This document shows, one piece after another, positions 1 to 10,612 of a stretch of DNA of 64,000 nucleotides (position 1 is the stretch's first letter; the number at the start of each line of letters is the position of its first letter). Origin of the DNA: Fibrobacterales bacterium (GTDB lineage Bacteria > Fibrobacterota > Fibrobacteria > Fibrobacterales > JAOPTW01). The stretch is taken from NCBI GenBank assembly GCA_051532035.1, contig JAOPTW010000013.1, positions 192,001 through 256,000 of the forward strand, in the 5' to 3' direction. A program made the position numbers and the translations under genes. The notes under the pieces were generated by a model. The model ran no database searches. It had not been told where the DNA came from and saw only the letters and a program-made list of their open reading frames with translations.

Positions 1-99
1 GGACATTGTATCAATATTTTTACTGCACCCAAGGGTGATCACAATAGAAAAGAGTAGTACCGATACGGTACCGTAGCCCATTTTACCCAAAAACATCAT
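1..99 (-). CDS. N-terminus of a probable lipoprotein running off the window edge
   Basis: Manual translation MMFLGKMGYGTVSVLLFSIVITLGCSKNIDTMS: hydrophobic stretch plus lipobox-like LGC; alternative in-frame ATG at 120. Confidence 0.55.
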   Translation of the reverse strand, partial: MMFLGKMGYGTVSVLLFSIVITLGCSKNIDTMS

Positions 100-273
100 A
101 AATAGTCTAGTAAGCAACATTGTACCCTCATGTCATGTTTTACCGGTACGATATGAAAACCGTAGCAGGTTTATATTTGTAATATAGTTCGATGGTGATT
201 TGTTTTGTGAAATACGCCCTTTTCGCTCTGTTTTAGTGTGGTGGTTCACATCCACAGTAATTCTGTTAAAATA

Positions 274-1863
274 TTAGCGCCAACTCTTTACAACTTGATA
301 CCCCTGTTCAAGTTGGCTTTTCATTGCCGTCACACTGCTTTGCCATTCTTCATACGTAAGAGCTCCTGTATTTGGAAATGACCCGGGTTGAGCTGCGCGT
401 ACCTCATCATGCGCATCAGTAATCTGAGCCACCCATGTATCTATCTTACCATTTATCTGAGGATACACCTCATACAAAAGTTTATCAAGTGCCGCATTGG
501 TCTCATCGGGAAAACAGAGCCAATACTTCGCCATTTTGTTAGTACGCCCCGAGTTACACTGCAGTGCATTACGTATTTCATCTGCCTTATTAAAATTCAC
601 ATATTCGTTGCCCTCGCCTGCTTTAAAAGAAGCATTATCCATATCCCATGGAATAGCAAACAACTTACCTTCTGTGGTATCTGCGTACCAATATGAGTTA
701 TGACCATTATCCCTATAGAATGGGCTATCCCAATGGTCTATCGCTGCAGAAGTGAGCACCGTATTAACCAGCTCATCCACATTAAACCATTTTCTCAATA
801 CATCTTTAACCGCCTCTGCTCCATGTGCGTTCAAAAGATCTCCTTCGAGCCCCTGCCATATAGTATGTGTTGGATTTTCATCTTCGTTTGTTTTCAGTTT
901 TTCGTCAAGCGCATCATCAGATTGTACCTTATTAGATATAAACGGCATGGCTTCTTTATACACATTCCCTTCCCCATCATCCCAATGGGCACGCGTAAAC
1001 CGGCCATCAATATTTTCGATCATTGCAAACAGGCCTACAAGTTCATCATTAATTTTAATCTTGGCATGCACCACTCGTGGAGCCGCCTGACCCATCTCTC
1101 TATGCATCCAATAGGCAAGCCTGTCTCTTAATTGATCTTTATAGAAGTGCATATGGTAGAACGCAATCTTTTTCATACCAAAGAACTTTCTATCAGGCTC
1201 TAAATCTGTATTGAACTTAACTTTCATAGAAAGCTTAATACAGGTTTTTGCCCCATTCTTATCCCATACCTCACCGTCAGTGCAAAAAAACCATGCTCCA
1301 AAGCTTCCTTTATAGCGTACCTCAACTTCTTGTATGGTATCGTTTTCAAAAACCAAGTGACCAGGGTAGTAAACCTCTTGTTTGGGTGCAGCATCCATTG
1401 CAGAAAGATCTGCTGGATCTATAAGAATATTAAATGTTTTTGGTTCAACCTCATCGTTAAAAACATAGTCAATTGCATCATTGAGTATCGCTCGTTTTTC
1501 TGCTGCTGTAGCCTCGTGAGATGAAGAGCTGAGCGCGATGCTCGAACTTGATACTCCTTCATTACTACTGAAAATGACACTACTGGATATCAGAGTATTT
1601 TCTGAGGACACGGTTATGGAATCAGTTGATACGTCACTACTAAAGGCACTCTGCGTATCACCTGTTATCTCTTTAGGGTCAATATGCGAATAACTTTCAA
1701 AAGCCTCTTCAACTGAAGAGACGCCCTTTTGATTTTTTCCTAAACTACTCATGGTCTCATCTGAAGATTCCAAAGTAGAAAGCTCACCAATCGCCTCTGA
1801 GCATGCCGTTAAAAACAACACCATATATATTAATACAAAAACAACAAATCTCAATGCAGTCAA
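274..1863 (-). CDS. CotH kinase family lipoprotein with Ser-rich linker
   Basis: Lipobox LTAC; CotH-type motifs VRYKGS, KLSMKVKF, GLFAMIENID, HWDS..HNSYWY, IPWDMD. Confidence 0.85.
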   Translation of the reverse strand: MTALRFVVFVLIYMVLFLTACSEAIGELSTLESSDETMSSLGKNQKGVSSVEEAFESYSHIDPKEITGDTQSAFSSDVSTDSITVSSENTLISSSVIFSSNEGVSSSSIALSSSSHEATAAEKRAILNDAIDYVFNDEVEPKTFNILIDPADLSAMDAAPKQEVYYPGHLVFENDTIQEVEVRYKGSFGAWFFCTDGEVWDKNGAKTCIKLSMKVKFNTDLEPDRKFFGMKKIAFYHMHFYKDQLRDRLAYWMHREMGQAAPRVVHAKIKINDELVGLFAMIENIDGRFTRAHWDDGEGNVYKEAMPFISNKVQSDDALDEKLKTNEDENPTHTIWQGLEGDLLNAHGAEAVKDVLRKWFNVDELVNTVLTSAAIDHWDSPFYRDNGHNSYWYADTTEGKLFAIPWDMDNASFKAGEGNEYVNFNKADEIRNALQCNSGRTNKMAKYWLCFPDETNAALDKLLYEVYPQINGKIDTWVAQITDAHDEVRAAQPGSFPNTGALTYEEWQSSVTAMKSQLEQGYQVVKSWR

Positions 1864-2018
1864 AACACCCCCTCAACGTAAATAGTACAGATGTTTGTTC
1901 TACAAACAGTGCCCTATATTTATAGAGATAATATATACAGTAATTGTGGTGATAGTTTGAAGCCGAGTGCCTATTTACATTCATTTACCCTGGAGAACGG
2001 CCAGAGAACAGTAAACAT

Positions 2019-2165
2019 CTTCTTCTATGATCTCTTCACGGAGCATGGGCCTGAGGCGACAATGTACGTTGTACAGGTTGTTGATAAAAGTACATCCAGT
2101 ATTAGATCAAAAAGTCACTATCTTGACCTTGAGGCATGGGGGCCACGTAAAGAAGTAGAAAGTGT
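2019..2165 (+). pseudogene. Fragment homologous to the C-terminal half of the membrane protein at 27920..28399
   Basis: YVVQVVDKS...HYLDLEAWGPRKEVE vs YVQVVNKS...YHLDLAPWGSRTEVE; rest of ORF 1891..2259 shows no similarity. Confidence 0.6.
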
Positions 2166-2377
2166 TTCTGGAGTGTTTCCAGTTGTCTCTTCCATTCGAT
2201 ATCAAAACATCCTAAACGATTCAAGATCAGACACGTACTCGGTTTGTTCGCATAAGTAAAAGAAATTTCATAATCTAAAAAATATCTTTCTAGCTATTTT
2301 AATCATGTAATTTTGCAGAAACCATAATTGTTAAACAGAAGGTACTCGTAAGTTTCTGCCTTCATAAAAAGGAAATT

Positions 2378-3340
2378 ATGAAAACTGTAAAAATGTTTAT
2401 TGTAATAGGTTTTGTTTTTACCTCCTATTCGGTTTCCCTAGCCGCAAATGATGCAAAAAAAATAATGCCCCTTATTATAAATGAGGAAGATGCACCATTG
2501 GGTCCTGTCACTCCTGATGCAGGAAATGAGATAGTGAATGGTTCATACATTTATTTAGAGGCGTACAAAGCTGATGTTGCTACTGCCAACAAATCAAAAC
2601 TTAAAGCATGGGTAAGTAATTTAGATAAGGTGTATCAGAGTTATGTAGGACTTGTTGGAAGAATTCCTGATGATGGGTATAAAGTTGGATTTAAGGTAAA
2701 TGAAAGTTCAGGGTGCTTTGGATCAAATTCTACCCCTATCAATGTATGCTCTAGATCAATGACAGAATATGTAAGTAACCCTGGTGATGATTGGGGAATG
2801 GGGTTTATGCATGAACTTGGGCATCACTTTGAATACGAAGGAAAGTGGAATTTTGATGGAGAGCATTGGGCAAACTTTAAGGTACTCTATGCTGTTAAAG
2901 AGCTTGGTGCAAATGTTATCATGAACGGAAAAACTTATGTTGGCAATGATTTTGATGATTACTGGGAAGAGCAATGTATTCAAACCCAAAATCAATATGA
3001 TGCAATACCAGATTCTCACAAAAGACTTTCGTGTAGTCAAATTCCGGCTGTCCATGTGAACAATGATGACAACAGCAGTAATAATTTGAGAAAATATAAC
3101 GATTGCACAACCCATATATTTAATAAAATACATGATACTATCGGGTGGAAGCCATTTATGAAAACATTCCGCGAATTCAATGATGGTGACGCCAATCAAA
3201 CACTACAGCAAAATGTAAAATATGAATTATACATGTCTACTCTACAAAACAACACTAGTACTGATGTAATGAGTTTGATTTCAGAACAGGATCAACTTAA
3301 TATGAAATATTATATGTGTCGTAGCGCGAGCAATTATTAA
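2378..3340 (+). CDS. Secreted zinc metallopeptidase, M60-like/enhancin-type
   Basis: Signal peptide; WGMGFMHELGHHF...GEHWANF (HExxH plus downstream E); RBS AAGGA. Confidence 0.7.
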   Translation: MKTVKMFIVIGFVFTSYSVSLAANDAKKIMPLIINEEDAPLGPVTPDAGNEIVNGSYIYLEAYKADVATANKSKLKAWVSNLDKVYQSYVGLVGRIPDDGYKVGFKVNESSGCFGSNSTPINVCSRSMTEYVSNPGDDWGMGFMHELGHHFEYEGKWNFDGEHWANFKVLYAVKELGANVIMNGKTYVGNDFDDYWEEQCIQTQNQYDAIPDSHKRLSCSQIPAVHVNNDDNSSNNLRKYNDCTTHIFNKIHDTIGWKPFMKTFREFNDGDANQTLQQNVKYELYMSTLQNNTSTDVMSLISEQDQLNMKYYMCRSASNY

Positions 3341-3406
3341 TACACAGTATATCAACAGTAAACAACCAAATAAAAAAAGAATACAACAAATAACAAAGGA
3401 TTCATT

Positions 3407-3739
3407 ATGAATATATTTAAAAAACTACCTCTAGTACTCCTAACTGTTGGCCTTTTAGCGAGCGCATCATACTCATGGTATACCGATGTTTCTATCAGAA
3501 AGGTTGGTTATCTAGGCAATACTTTTTTTGCTGAGATGAGTCAAAAAGTAAACTATTACACCTCTTGTAAAAGTAAAGAACTTCGGTTTGACTTGAATAC
3601 TCCAGAAGGTAAAAATGCAGAAAAACTTATATTAATGGCATATAGTCTTGAAGAAAAGATCTCTTTTAATGTGAGTGGGTGCTTTAGTAAAAAACCAACA
3701 GTTAAAGGGAACATTCAAACTGTTCGCAAGTATTACTAA
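3407..3739 (+). CDS. Small secreted hypothetical protein
   Basis: RBS AAGGA, signal peptide, Cys pair, followed by terminator. Confidence 0.75.
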   Translation: MNIFKKLPLVLLTVGLLASASYSWYTDVSIRKVGYLGNTFFAEMSQKVNYYTSCKSKELRFDLNTPEGKNAEKLILMAYSLEEKISFNVSGCFSKKPTVKGNIQTVRKYY

Positions 3740-3780
3740 ACAACAAGTTTCTCGTTGAGTTAATTTTCTTAACTATAACC

Positions 3781-3814
3781 AAAAATGCCCTCATGAAAGT
3801 GAAGGGCATTTTTT
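3781..3814. terminator. Bidirectional rho-independent terminator
   Basis: AAAAATGCCCT..AGGGCATTTTTT between convergent genes. Confidence 0.8.
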
Positions 3815-3825
3815 AAACTAAAAGT

Positions 3826-4461
3826 TTATTCCCACTCCGTGACACTTGCCTCTTCTACAAGTGCATCAAAATTGGATTGAAGTGATTCCATGTAGGTTTT
3901 TCTGTCAGAATTCCATCTGATAGGTTCCCCCACATATGCATCGCAAAAAAATGGAACAAGAAGTAACTCCCCTTTTGGAAGAGCTTTTCCTAGACCATAA
4001 AAATATATTGGTATTACTGGTACATGCGGCATTTTTTCAGCTATTCTTGCAATTCCTGTTTTCATTTTTTGAAACTGTTCAGGGTTGCCCCTACTCCCTT
4101 CAGGAAACAAAATCAAGATTTTATTCTCCTCTAATGCAGTGTAAATTGGTTGTAAAATATCCTCTCTACCCGTTGGTCTACGCTGTAGAGGAAGAATGCC
4201 GATGATTTTTAATGAAAACCAAGCGAGAAGTTTATTTTTTAAAAAGTAATCAACGGCAGCAACTGGCTGTACTATCGCCAATCGGTCTAACATTAAATAC
4301 ATAATAACCATCGTATCTAGATGGCTATTATGATTCGCTACAATTATAGCTGGACCCTCTTTAGGCAATCGATCTTTATTTCTGACATTAACGCCAAGTA
4401 TCAAATTAATGATTAACCTAATAAAGCAATTGAAGAATATGAAGCGCAATACTTTATTCAT
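3826..4461 (-). CDS. 1-acyl-sn-glycerol-3-phosphate acyltransferase (PlsC-like)
   Basis: NHNSHLD (HxxxxD) and FPEGSR motifs. Confidence 0.92.
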   Translation of the reverse strand: MNKVLRFIFFNCFIRLIINLILGVNVRNKDRLPKEGPAIIVANHNSHLDTMVIMYLMLDRLAIVQPVAAVDYFLKNKLLAWFSLKIIGILPLQRRPTGREDILQPIYTALEENKILILFPEGSRGNPEQFQKMKTGIARIAEKMPHVPVIPIYFYGLGKALPKGELLLVPFFCDAYVGEPIRWNSDRKTYMESLQSNFDALVEEASVTEWE

Positions 4462-5405
4462 TAGTAATAGAGATAGTAGATAAAGTGAAAAAAGAGAGGC
4501 GCCGTATAAGTAAGGCTATCTATTCTATCCATAATACCACCATGCCCCGGTATTATAGACCCAGTATCCTTTTTATCAAGATCTCTTTTGAGCGCTGAAA
4601 TCGCTATATCACCTAAAAACCCTCCTACACCTATAAGGAGACCAGCAGCAATAGACATAATCACATTCAGTTCAGTTAAAAGTGGAGCAATAAAATAGGC
4701 AATTAAAACTGTTGTACTTACTCCTCCAATAAATCCCGCCCAAGTTTTGTTAGGACTTACTTTAGGAATTATTTTTGTTTTTCCAAAAGACTTACCCCAT
4801 ATATATTGGCATACATCGTTTATTTGAGTTAAGAAGACAAGAAATAACACGTATCCCGCTCCCCCTGCAGGTGCAGATGGATTATTGGGTAAGGCTAAAA
4901 AATATGCTATATGACTCAAGCTAAACACCATAGTCATTAAGCCCCATTGATTAATAGCTGCTGAAACTAAAAATCCTTTAGTCTCACCTATCAGCACCAT
5001 TCTCGCAGGTAGTAGCAAAAATATGAATACAGGAATAAAAACAATAAACATTCCATACCAGCCAATATAAACGAAATAATATTGAAATGGAATTGCTAGA
5101 TACGCAAGAAATATCACCTGACGGTCAGCCCGCCTGGTTTTAACCAGAGATATGAATTCCTTAAAGGCCATATAGCTCATGAATGCAAAGAAAATTATCG
5201 ATATTGTTTTTGATACTATCATTGCAAATGAAAAAATAACCACCATTACCCACCAAGACTTTATCCGTGATTCAAGCTCAGTAAAATTTTTGTTTGGTGA
5301 TTTTAACTTTAACAGGAAAGTAATTATCGAAGCGACAACTAATATTCCAAATATTCCTGCAAGACTTATTAAAAGGTTCTGAGGTACTGCGTTTATAAAG
5401 TTCAT
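4461..5405 (-). CDS. Phosphatidate cytidylyltransferase (CdsA/YnbB-like)
   Basis: SPNKTWAG, KRDLDKKD.G.IIPGHGGIMDRIDS signature; multi-TM. Confidence 0.93.
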   Translation of the reverse strand: MNFINAVPQNLLISLAGIFGILVVASIITFLLKLKSPNKNFTELESRIKSWWVMVVIFSFAMIVSKTISIIFFAFMSYMAFKEFISLVKTRRADRQVIFLAYLAIPFQYYFVYIGWYGMFIVFIPVFIFLLLPARMVLIGETKGFLVSAAINQWGLMTMVFSLSHIAYFLALPNNPSAPAGGAGYVLFLVFLTQINDVCQYIWGKSFGKTKIIPKVSPNKTWAGFIGGVSTTVLIAYFIAPLLTELNVIMSIAAGLLIGVGGFLGDIAISALKRDLDKKDTGSIIPGHGGIMDRIDSLTYTAPLFFHFIYYLYY

Positions 5406-6007
5406 TTAAGCTCTCCTAAAGATTTCACTATACGGTTACCAATTGTTGCCACAATCAAAACTGTAATAATAACCAGTCCTATATTTATCCAATGTAAAGG
5501 AACCATTCCTGTACTTATCCCTATAACGATTAGCCCTAACCAAAATGCACGGTCACTTTTACCCATGGGCCCATCATATCTCCGTGATGCTCCAATTTGT
5601 ACCGATATCACCCCCGTCATTTCAGACAATAGAGCAAGGATAATGAGGGCAATAACAACAACTGGGTTCAGACCCGGTATAAGTGCTAGAGGTAAATACA
5701 AAGCAGTATCAGAAATAACATCACCCAATTCATTTAGAATCGCTCCAAGCGAAGTCTGCATATTATATTCGCGAGCAAGCATACCATCTATAGCATTGAG
5801 AGCCATTCGAATAAATAGAATAAGTGGCACCAATAACAACACTTCCTTTGTTGTTGGATAGAGAGCAATACAAGTACCAACTCCTATTGAAAGAACTGTA
5901 GCAAATATTGTCACCTGATTTGGGGTAACATGTAATTTTGCAAGACCATTAACAATTGGCCTTAAAAGTGATTGGAATTTTGGTTTTAAATCATAAACTG
6001 ATGCCAT
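5402..6007 (-). CDS. CDP-alcohol phosphatidyltransferase (YnbA-like)
   Basis: TPNQVT, NAIDGMLAR...GAILNELGDVISD, GPMGKSDR; overlaps the next gene. Confidence 0.92.
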   Translation of the reverse strand: MASVYDLKPKFQSLLRPIVNGLAKLHVTPNQVTIFATVLSIGVGTCIALYPTTKEVLLLVPLILFIRMALNAIDGMLAREYNMQTSLGAILNELGDVISDTALYLPLALIPGLNPVVVIALIILALLSEMTGVISVQIGASRRYDGPMGKSDRAFWLGLIVIGISTGMVPLHWINIGLVIITVLIVATIGNRIVKSLGELK

Positions 6008-6044
6008 TCGAAGCCCTCTTAAAAAGTTGTCAGAAAATAGTGGA

Positions 6045-6070
6045 ACAGAATATAGCTAATATCCCACTGG
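6045..6070 (-). repeat. Partial copy of intergenic module A (promoter-like) upstream of the phospholipid operon
   Basis: aatatagctaatatcccactg vs aatctagctaattcccactg of the other copies. Confidence 0.5.
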
Positions 6071-6106
6071 GTATTAGCCTCACTCTCTTTATTATTCACT
6101 ATGCTG

Positions 6107-6183
6107 TGTAATCACCCCTATTATTAACAGTTAAAATAGTTAACGCTGACGCCAATACCAGCAGTTTTTCAGGAAGGATTACA
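6107..6183 (+). repeat. Degenerate direct repeat, left copy (partner 8085..8163)
   Basis: tgtaatcacccctattattaacagttaaaatagtta...cagcagtttttcaggaaggattaca. Confidence 0.7.
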
Positions 6184-6296
6184 CACTGAAGCTGACCCAT
6201 TGGCGTATTGCCATACAACAGCCTCAATGGACCAACATATAATTACTATATTTTTCAAATCCGTATTCTAACTCATGTATCTGATAGAGGATCCCT

Positions 6297-8075
6297 ATGA
6301 AGCGCCTTATTCTACCATCTATAATGATTCCCTTGACCTTATTATGTATCTCATGTTTTGATAAAGGTACGGGTACAGATACTGCTGAATCACTCAGTAG
6401 CTCAGTACTTATAGCATCTTCTACTCCCCATATAATACTATCATCTACGATCCCCGTTTCTGTGAGCGATACTGCACCTACTATTCTTCTCAGTTCATCT
6501 ACTACTCTCCTCACATCAAGCAACCACAAAACCACGTACCCCCTATCAAGTAGTTCAAAAGTCCTTCATGACACAACAGTGCTCTCATCATCAGCTAAGA
6601 CTACGCCGAGCTCTCAATCCAAAACTACTAGTGACTCCTTAAGTATACCTTTACCAGAACGGAGTATTGAGGATGTGCGGAATTCTGTTACCCCGATCGA
6701 TTATACTGGTGCATTACTCTACAGTAGTACTGACAGGCAGAGAATGAAATGGATAGGCGATTCTACAATATCTTATGACTATACTCGACAACGGTGTGAC
6801 ACAGACTCAAAAAGCGATCCCTTTGTCGAAGACCAAGTCTTGGCAGGTACACTCAATTATCGCTATAACGATTCAACGTTATTATTTTATAACACTGAGT
6901 GTACGATTCAGGTCTTTGACAGAATATCGGGAACAGGATTATTGGGTGAGTGGAAACGCGTAAATATTGCTCCTGGCTGGGGATACGATACAAACACTTA
7001 TTGTCAAACTCATGCTAATAATTTCGAATTAAATAAGTATAATGTCCCCCAGGTAACCTGGATTATCACTGCTGACTCCCTTATTACAACAGGAAACTAT
7101 TATCAACAATGCCCCATGACCAATGAATTTCGCTTTTTTACTCCCGAAGAATTCGGCTGTTCGGTTAATATCCAATCAATGAATGGTCATAAACGATTTG
7201 ACAAACGCGCACGCGTTGATAATTATACAGTACAACACAGTTCACACTTTATGGGTAGTATCCAGGAATGCCATTTTGAGTGGGGTACTGAAGTTACAGA
7301 AGAAGGCTGTGTAGAACTTAAAACCTACGAACAGTGTGTTGCTACATACTATTCTGAACTGATTAAATATGAGCAATACCATATTAATGATGACGTACCC
7401 TTCGTACCTGATACTCGACCTGAGACTTCCTCTATTGGTACCAACCAAGTAAGGGATGAACGGGATAATCAAACATATAGAGTCGTTACTATTGGTCCCC
7501 AGACCTGGTTTGCAGAAAACCTTAAATACGACAACGGCACGGGAAGTGCATGCTTTGACAATGATTCCTCATTATGCGACACCTATGGCCGATATTATAC
7601 TTGGTGGAATATGATGAACCGAGACGTGTTTGGAAAGACTATTCCGGAATATCGACCTGATGTGTGCCCTAAAGGGTGGCATGTACCATCAGACTTTGAA
7701 TGGCTCCTTCTCGCGCAATATATTGAAGGGCACCATACTCTTGATTCTGTAGCTTTGACCGATACTTACTATGACATTTCACACCATCTACGAGCAGCTG
7801 ATGGCTGGGTCCCTTATGATACCGTAACGAGTATTGATACCTATGGATTCTCCGCTTATCCTACCGGTAGAATGTTTTACTATAGCAATACCTTTGCGGC
7901 TGAAACCGAGTTCAGTAGTTGGTGGTCTACCACCGAAAAAGACGCCTCTGATAAGTATGCTCGACGAATTCGGTTTAATGCCAACTCGTTTGATGGCTAT
8001 GCCACAGACAAAGATATGGGTTTGCCTATCCGGTGTGTAGAAGGTGATATTTCCTATAGTCTTGATTCAGAGTAA
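6297..8075 (+). CDS. Lipoprotein with Ser/Thr-rich linker and C-terminal Fibrobacter succinogenes major domain
   Basis: DERDNQTYRVVTIGPQTWFAENLKY, YGRYYTW, CPKGWHVPSDFEW, GLPIRCV. Confidence 0.9.
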   Translation: MKRLILPSIMIPLTLLCISCFDKGTGTDTAESLSSSVLIASSTPHIILSSTIPVSVSDTAPTILLSSSTTLLTSSNHKTTYPLSSSSKVLHDTTVLSSSAKTTPSSQSKTTSDSLSIPLPERSIEDVRNSVTPIDYTGALLYSSTDRQRMKWIGDSTISYDYTRQRCDTDSKSDPFVEDQVLAGTLNYRYNDSTLLFYNTECTIQVFDRISGTGLLGEWKRVNIAPGWGYDTNTYCQTHANNFELNKYNVPQVTWIITADSLITTGNYYQQCPMTNEFRFFTPEEFGCSVNIQSMNGHKRFDKRARVDNYTVQHSSHFMGSIQECHFEWGTEVTEEGCVELKTYEQCVATYYSELIKYEQYHINDDVPFVPDTRPETSSIGTNQVRDERDNQTYRVVTIGPQTWFAENLKYDNGTGSACFDNDSSLCDTYGRYYTWWNMMNRDVFGKTIPEYRPDVCPKGWHVPSDFEWLLLAQYIEGHHTLDSVALTDTYYDISHHLRAADGWVPYDTVTSIDTYGFSAYPTGRMFYYSNTFAAETEFSSWWSTTEKDASDKYARRIRFNANSFDGYATDKDMGLPIRCVEGDISYSLDSE

Positions 8076-8084
8076 TACAGTAAC

Positions 8085-8163
8085 TGTAATAACCCCTATT
8101 ATTAGTAGCTGAAATAGCTAGAGAATTCTACTTACGTAAACAGTGGTTTTAAGGGGGGCTACA
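8085..8163 (+). repeat. Degenerate direct repeat, right copy (partner 6107..6183)
   Basis: tgtaataacccctattattagtagctgaaatagcta...cagtggttttaaggggggctaca. Confidence 0.7.
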
Positions 8164-8250
8164 GTACTATATCACACGCATCTGTATATTCCGGATGTTC
8201 AGCACAATAATCCCCTTATCTCACCTCAAAATAAGAAATCAGGTGTGATA

Positions 8251-9795
8251 TCAATTAAATGTTAAAGATTGTACACTTTTGAGCAATATTTGTTTTTGCT
8301 CCTCTGTTTCGTAAGTAATAACAACACTTACAGCAAAATGATCTTTTATCGTTGTATAGTACATCTGCTCGATTTCATTATTAATAACGGTAAGTTTTGC
8401 ATGTAGATAATAAAAATCTTGGTCATGAATTTTAACAAGGGGAAATTCTTCTGAAATTTGGTTATAATTTAATGCATTATCTTGAAGTAATTTTCGAGCA
8501 TGAAAGAGATAATCACTGCCTGTCTCAACCCCTGGGTTCGATGTCATGTTTTCTGACATAAGCACTAGGTTGGCATTAAAATCTGTAGGCGTACCTGGCT
8601 TATTTTCAAACAAAGTAATTAAGATTGCATTTAATGTTTGTTTAGAATCGAACATCGCCTTTACGTTACTACTATCAGGATACAATGATTTACCAGTTTT
8701 CAATAACGCTTTGTTATAGCTATCAGGAGGTACGTACCAGTCGGGGGGGACAACCATATTGAGTTTTAAATAACTATTCGAATATATAGAGTCATTGATA
8801 GTACCATACTCAACAAATTTTACATCCTTTTGGGAGTAGGTACTTATGAGCCTTTTAAAAGATTCTTCACCTCTAATAGGATCAAAATCAGGATCATTCT
8901 CTATGTGACTCCAATTTGTAAATCCTTGTTCCATTGCACGATCTAGATAAAATAGAGCGTTGTCAATATCATTTACCAGTGAATAATCACAAGCCAGATT
9001 ATAGAGCATGGTTTGCTGTTGAGGGTGTTTTTTAATACCCTTCAATAGTACATCGATACCCTTTGAATATTCTTTTTTATCATAATATATAGCTGCTTTC
9101 AATAGGAATGCATATTCAGAGTATGGATCAATCACTTTTGCGTTTACAACGTCTTGTAAGCTTTTTTCATACTTTTTTACCTTCAAGTTGACATGGCCAC
9201 GACTAATATAGCCATAGATATCCTGAGGGTTATTCCTGATTGCAGTATCACAATTGCTTATTGCTTTTTCATACTTATCTAATTTACTATACGATTCACA
9301 CAGGCCTCGATACCCTTCACTATTGGTGGAATCAATAGCAACACCCTGTGTATAATACAATACCGCAGAATCATAGTTATGCATAATCGCATACAATGCA
9401 CCTAATCGTAAATTTACATCAGCATTATCTTTAATGGTTTTAACTTGATAGAGCACCGAAAGGCATAATTCATATTCTTTCAGTTGAAAAAATGAATCCA
9501 CTTTCAAAAGAAGTGCTTTAATATTTTTTGAATTAATAACAAGGAGTTTATTTACGTACTTCAATGTTGAATCTATTTGGTATAAATTCGCCGACAATTG
9601 AGCCACTTTTAGCAGCATACCTTCATTTATTGGGTCACTGAGCAATGCTTCTTTATAATGAATCAGTGCTTCTTCTTTATTGGTATCTTCATGGTATTTA
9701 CCCATATTTTCATGATATGCTTCTTTAATTGTACCGCATGCAGAGAATAGAAATAGAGTTGATAAGGTAATCAGAAAGGCATTTATAGATTTCAT
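8251..9795 (-). CDS. TPR-repeat lipoprotein
   Basis: Lipobox FSAC; several TPR-like helical repeats; YNLAC.YS...DPDFDPIR TPR-end motif; unknown C-terminal domain. Confidence 0.85.
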   Translation of the reverse strand: MKSINAFLITLSTLFLFSACGTIKEAYHENMGKYHEDTNKEEALIHYKEALLSDPINEGMLLKVAQLSANLYQIDSTLKYVNKLLVINSKNIKALLLKVDSFFQLKEYELCLSVLYQVKTIKDNADVNLRLGALYAIMHNYDSAVLYYTQGVAIDSTNSEGYRGLCESYSKLDKYEKAISNCDTAIRNNPQDIYGYISRGHVNLKVKKYEKSLQDVVNAKVIDPYSEYAFLLKAAIYYDKKEYSKGIDVLLKGIKKHPQQQTMLYNLACDYSLVNDIDNALFYLDRAMEQGFTNWSHIENDPDFDPIRGEESFKRLISTYSQKDVKFVEYGTINDSIYSNSYLKLNMVVPPDWYVPPDSYNKALLKTGKSLYPDSSNVKAMFDSKQTLNAILITLFENKPGTPTDFNANLVLMSENMTSNPGVETGSDYLFHARKLLQDNALNYNQISEEFPLVKIHDQDFYYLHAKLTVINNEIEQMYYTTIKDHFAVSVVITYETEEQKQILLKSVQSLTFN

Positions 9796-10033
9796 GTTTA
9801 GGCTCTTTAAAACTGTTTGGAAGCAAATGTAGTAAAATGCTCCGCTCTGTTAATGTTCCCGTTAGCGAATAAAAGCGACGGCATATAGGATAATGCCTGA
9901 TTAAAAACAGGTTTATTTTGTCATTCCAATCTGTTAACCTATCTGAGGTTACACGCCTTCTGGTTAATTATCTCACTCACTTTAAATCAGGAAGAGAAAA
10001 ACGCTTTAGTATGTAATCCATATAGAAACAACC

Positions 10034-10612
10034 TTAAGCTTCAACGGTCACTTTTTCTGCGCCGGTATCAATACATTTGAAAAATAGTATCGCAAATAAC
10101 ACACTGGTTGCAAGATCAGTGAGTAACGACACTGGTAACAATATTACCGTAAACATAGTAATTCCAGTTATGATTGATAACACACCGATACTCTTCTTTA
10201 AACCGAAAAGAGCATCAGGTATTTTTAATACTTTAGCCCCCAATACACATATAACTGCCCCATTAACCATCATAAATATAATCATATACATCATCAGGCT
10301 TTCCTTAAGTTCAGCACTCAAAAAATCAATGTACAACATGAAAATTGATATAAAACTACACCCTATCAATATATTTATTGGTGTATTAAGTTCTTTAACA
10401 AAGAAATTTTTATTTAACAGCTCTTTGACGCGGAATAATAGCACAATACTACAGGCGGTATACAGAAACGACACACCGACATTTACATATGAGAACAAAG
10501 GATTACTTCCCCCCAATATTCCTGATACTAATGCTAGACCGAATGTTGGAATAGTTAAAAATGCTGTTACTATAGCTATCCAGCCAGTGAGTCTTAAATT
10601 TGAATTATTCAT
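10034..10612 (-). CDS. Integral membrane hypothetical protein
   Basis: About 6 hydrophobic segments; RBS AAGGA. Confidence 0.75.
   Translation of the reverse strand: MNNSNLRLTGWIAIVTAFLTIPTFGLALVSGILGGSNPLFSYVNVGVSFLYTACSIVLLFRVKELLNKNFFVKELNTPINILIGCSFISIFMLYIDFLSAELKESLMMYMIIFMMVNGAVICVLGAKVLKIPDALFGLKKSIGVLSIITGITMFTVILLPVSLLTDLATSVLFAILFFKCIDTGAEKVTVEA

Noticed and set aside
1891..2259. 122-aa ORF as an intact gene
   Set aside because: No RBS; only the middle resembles a real protein, so it is treated as a fragment.
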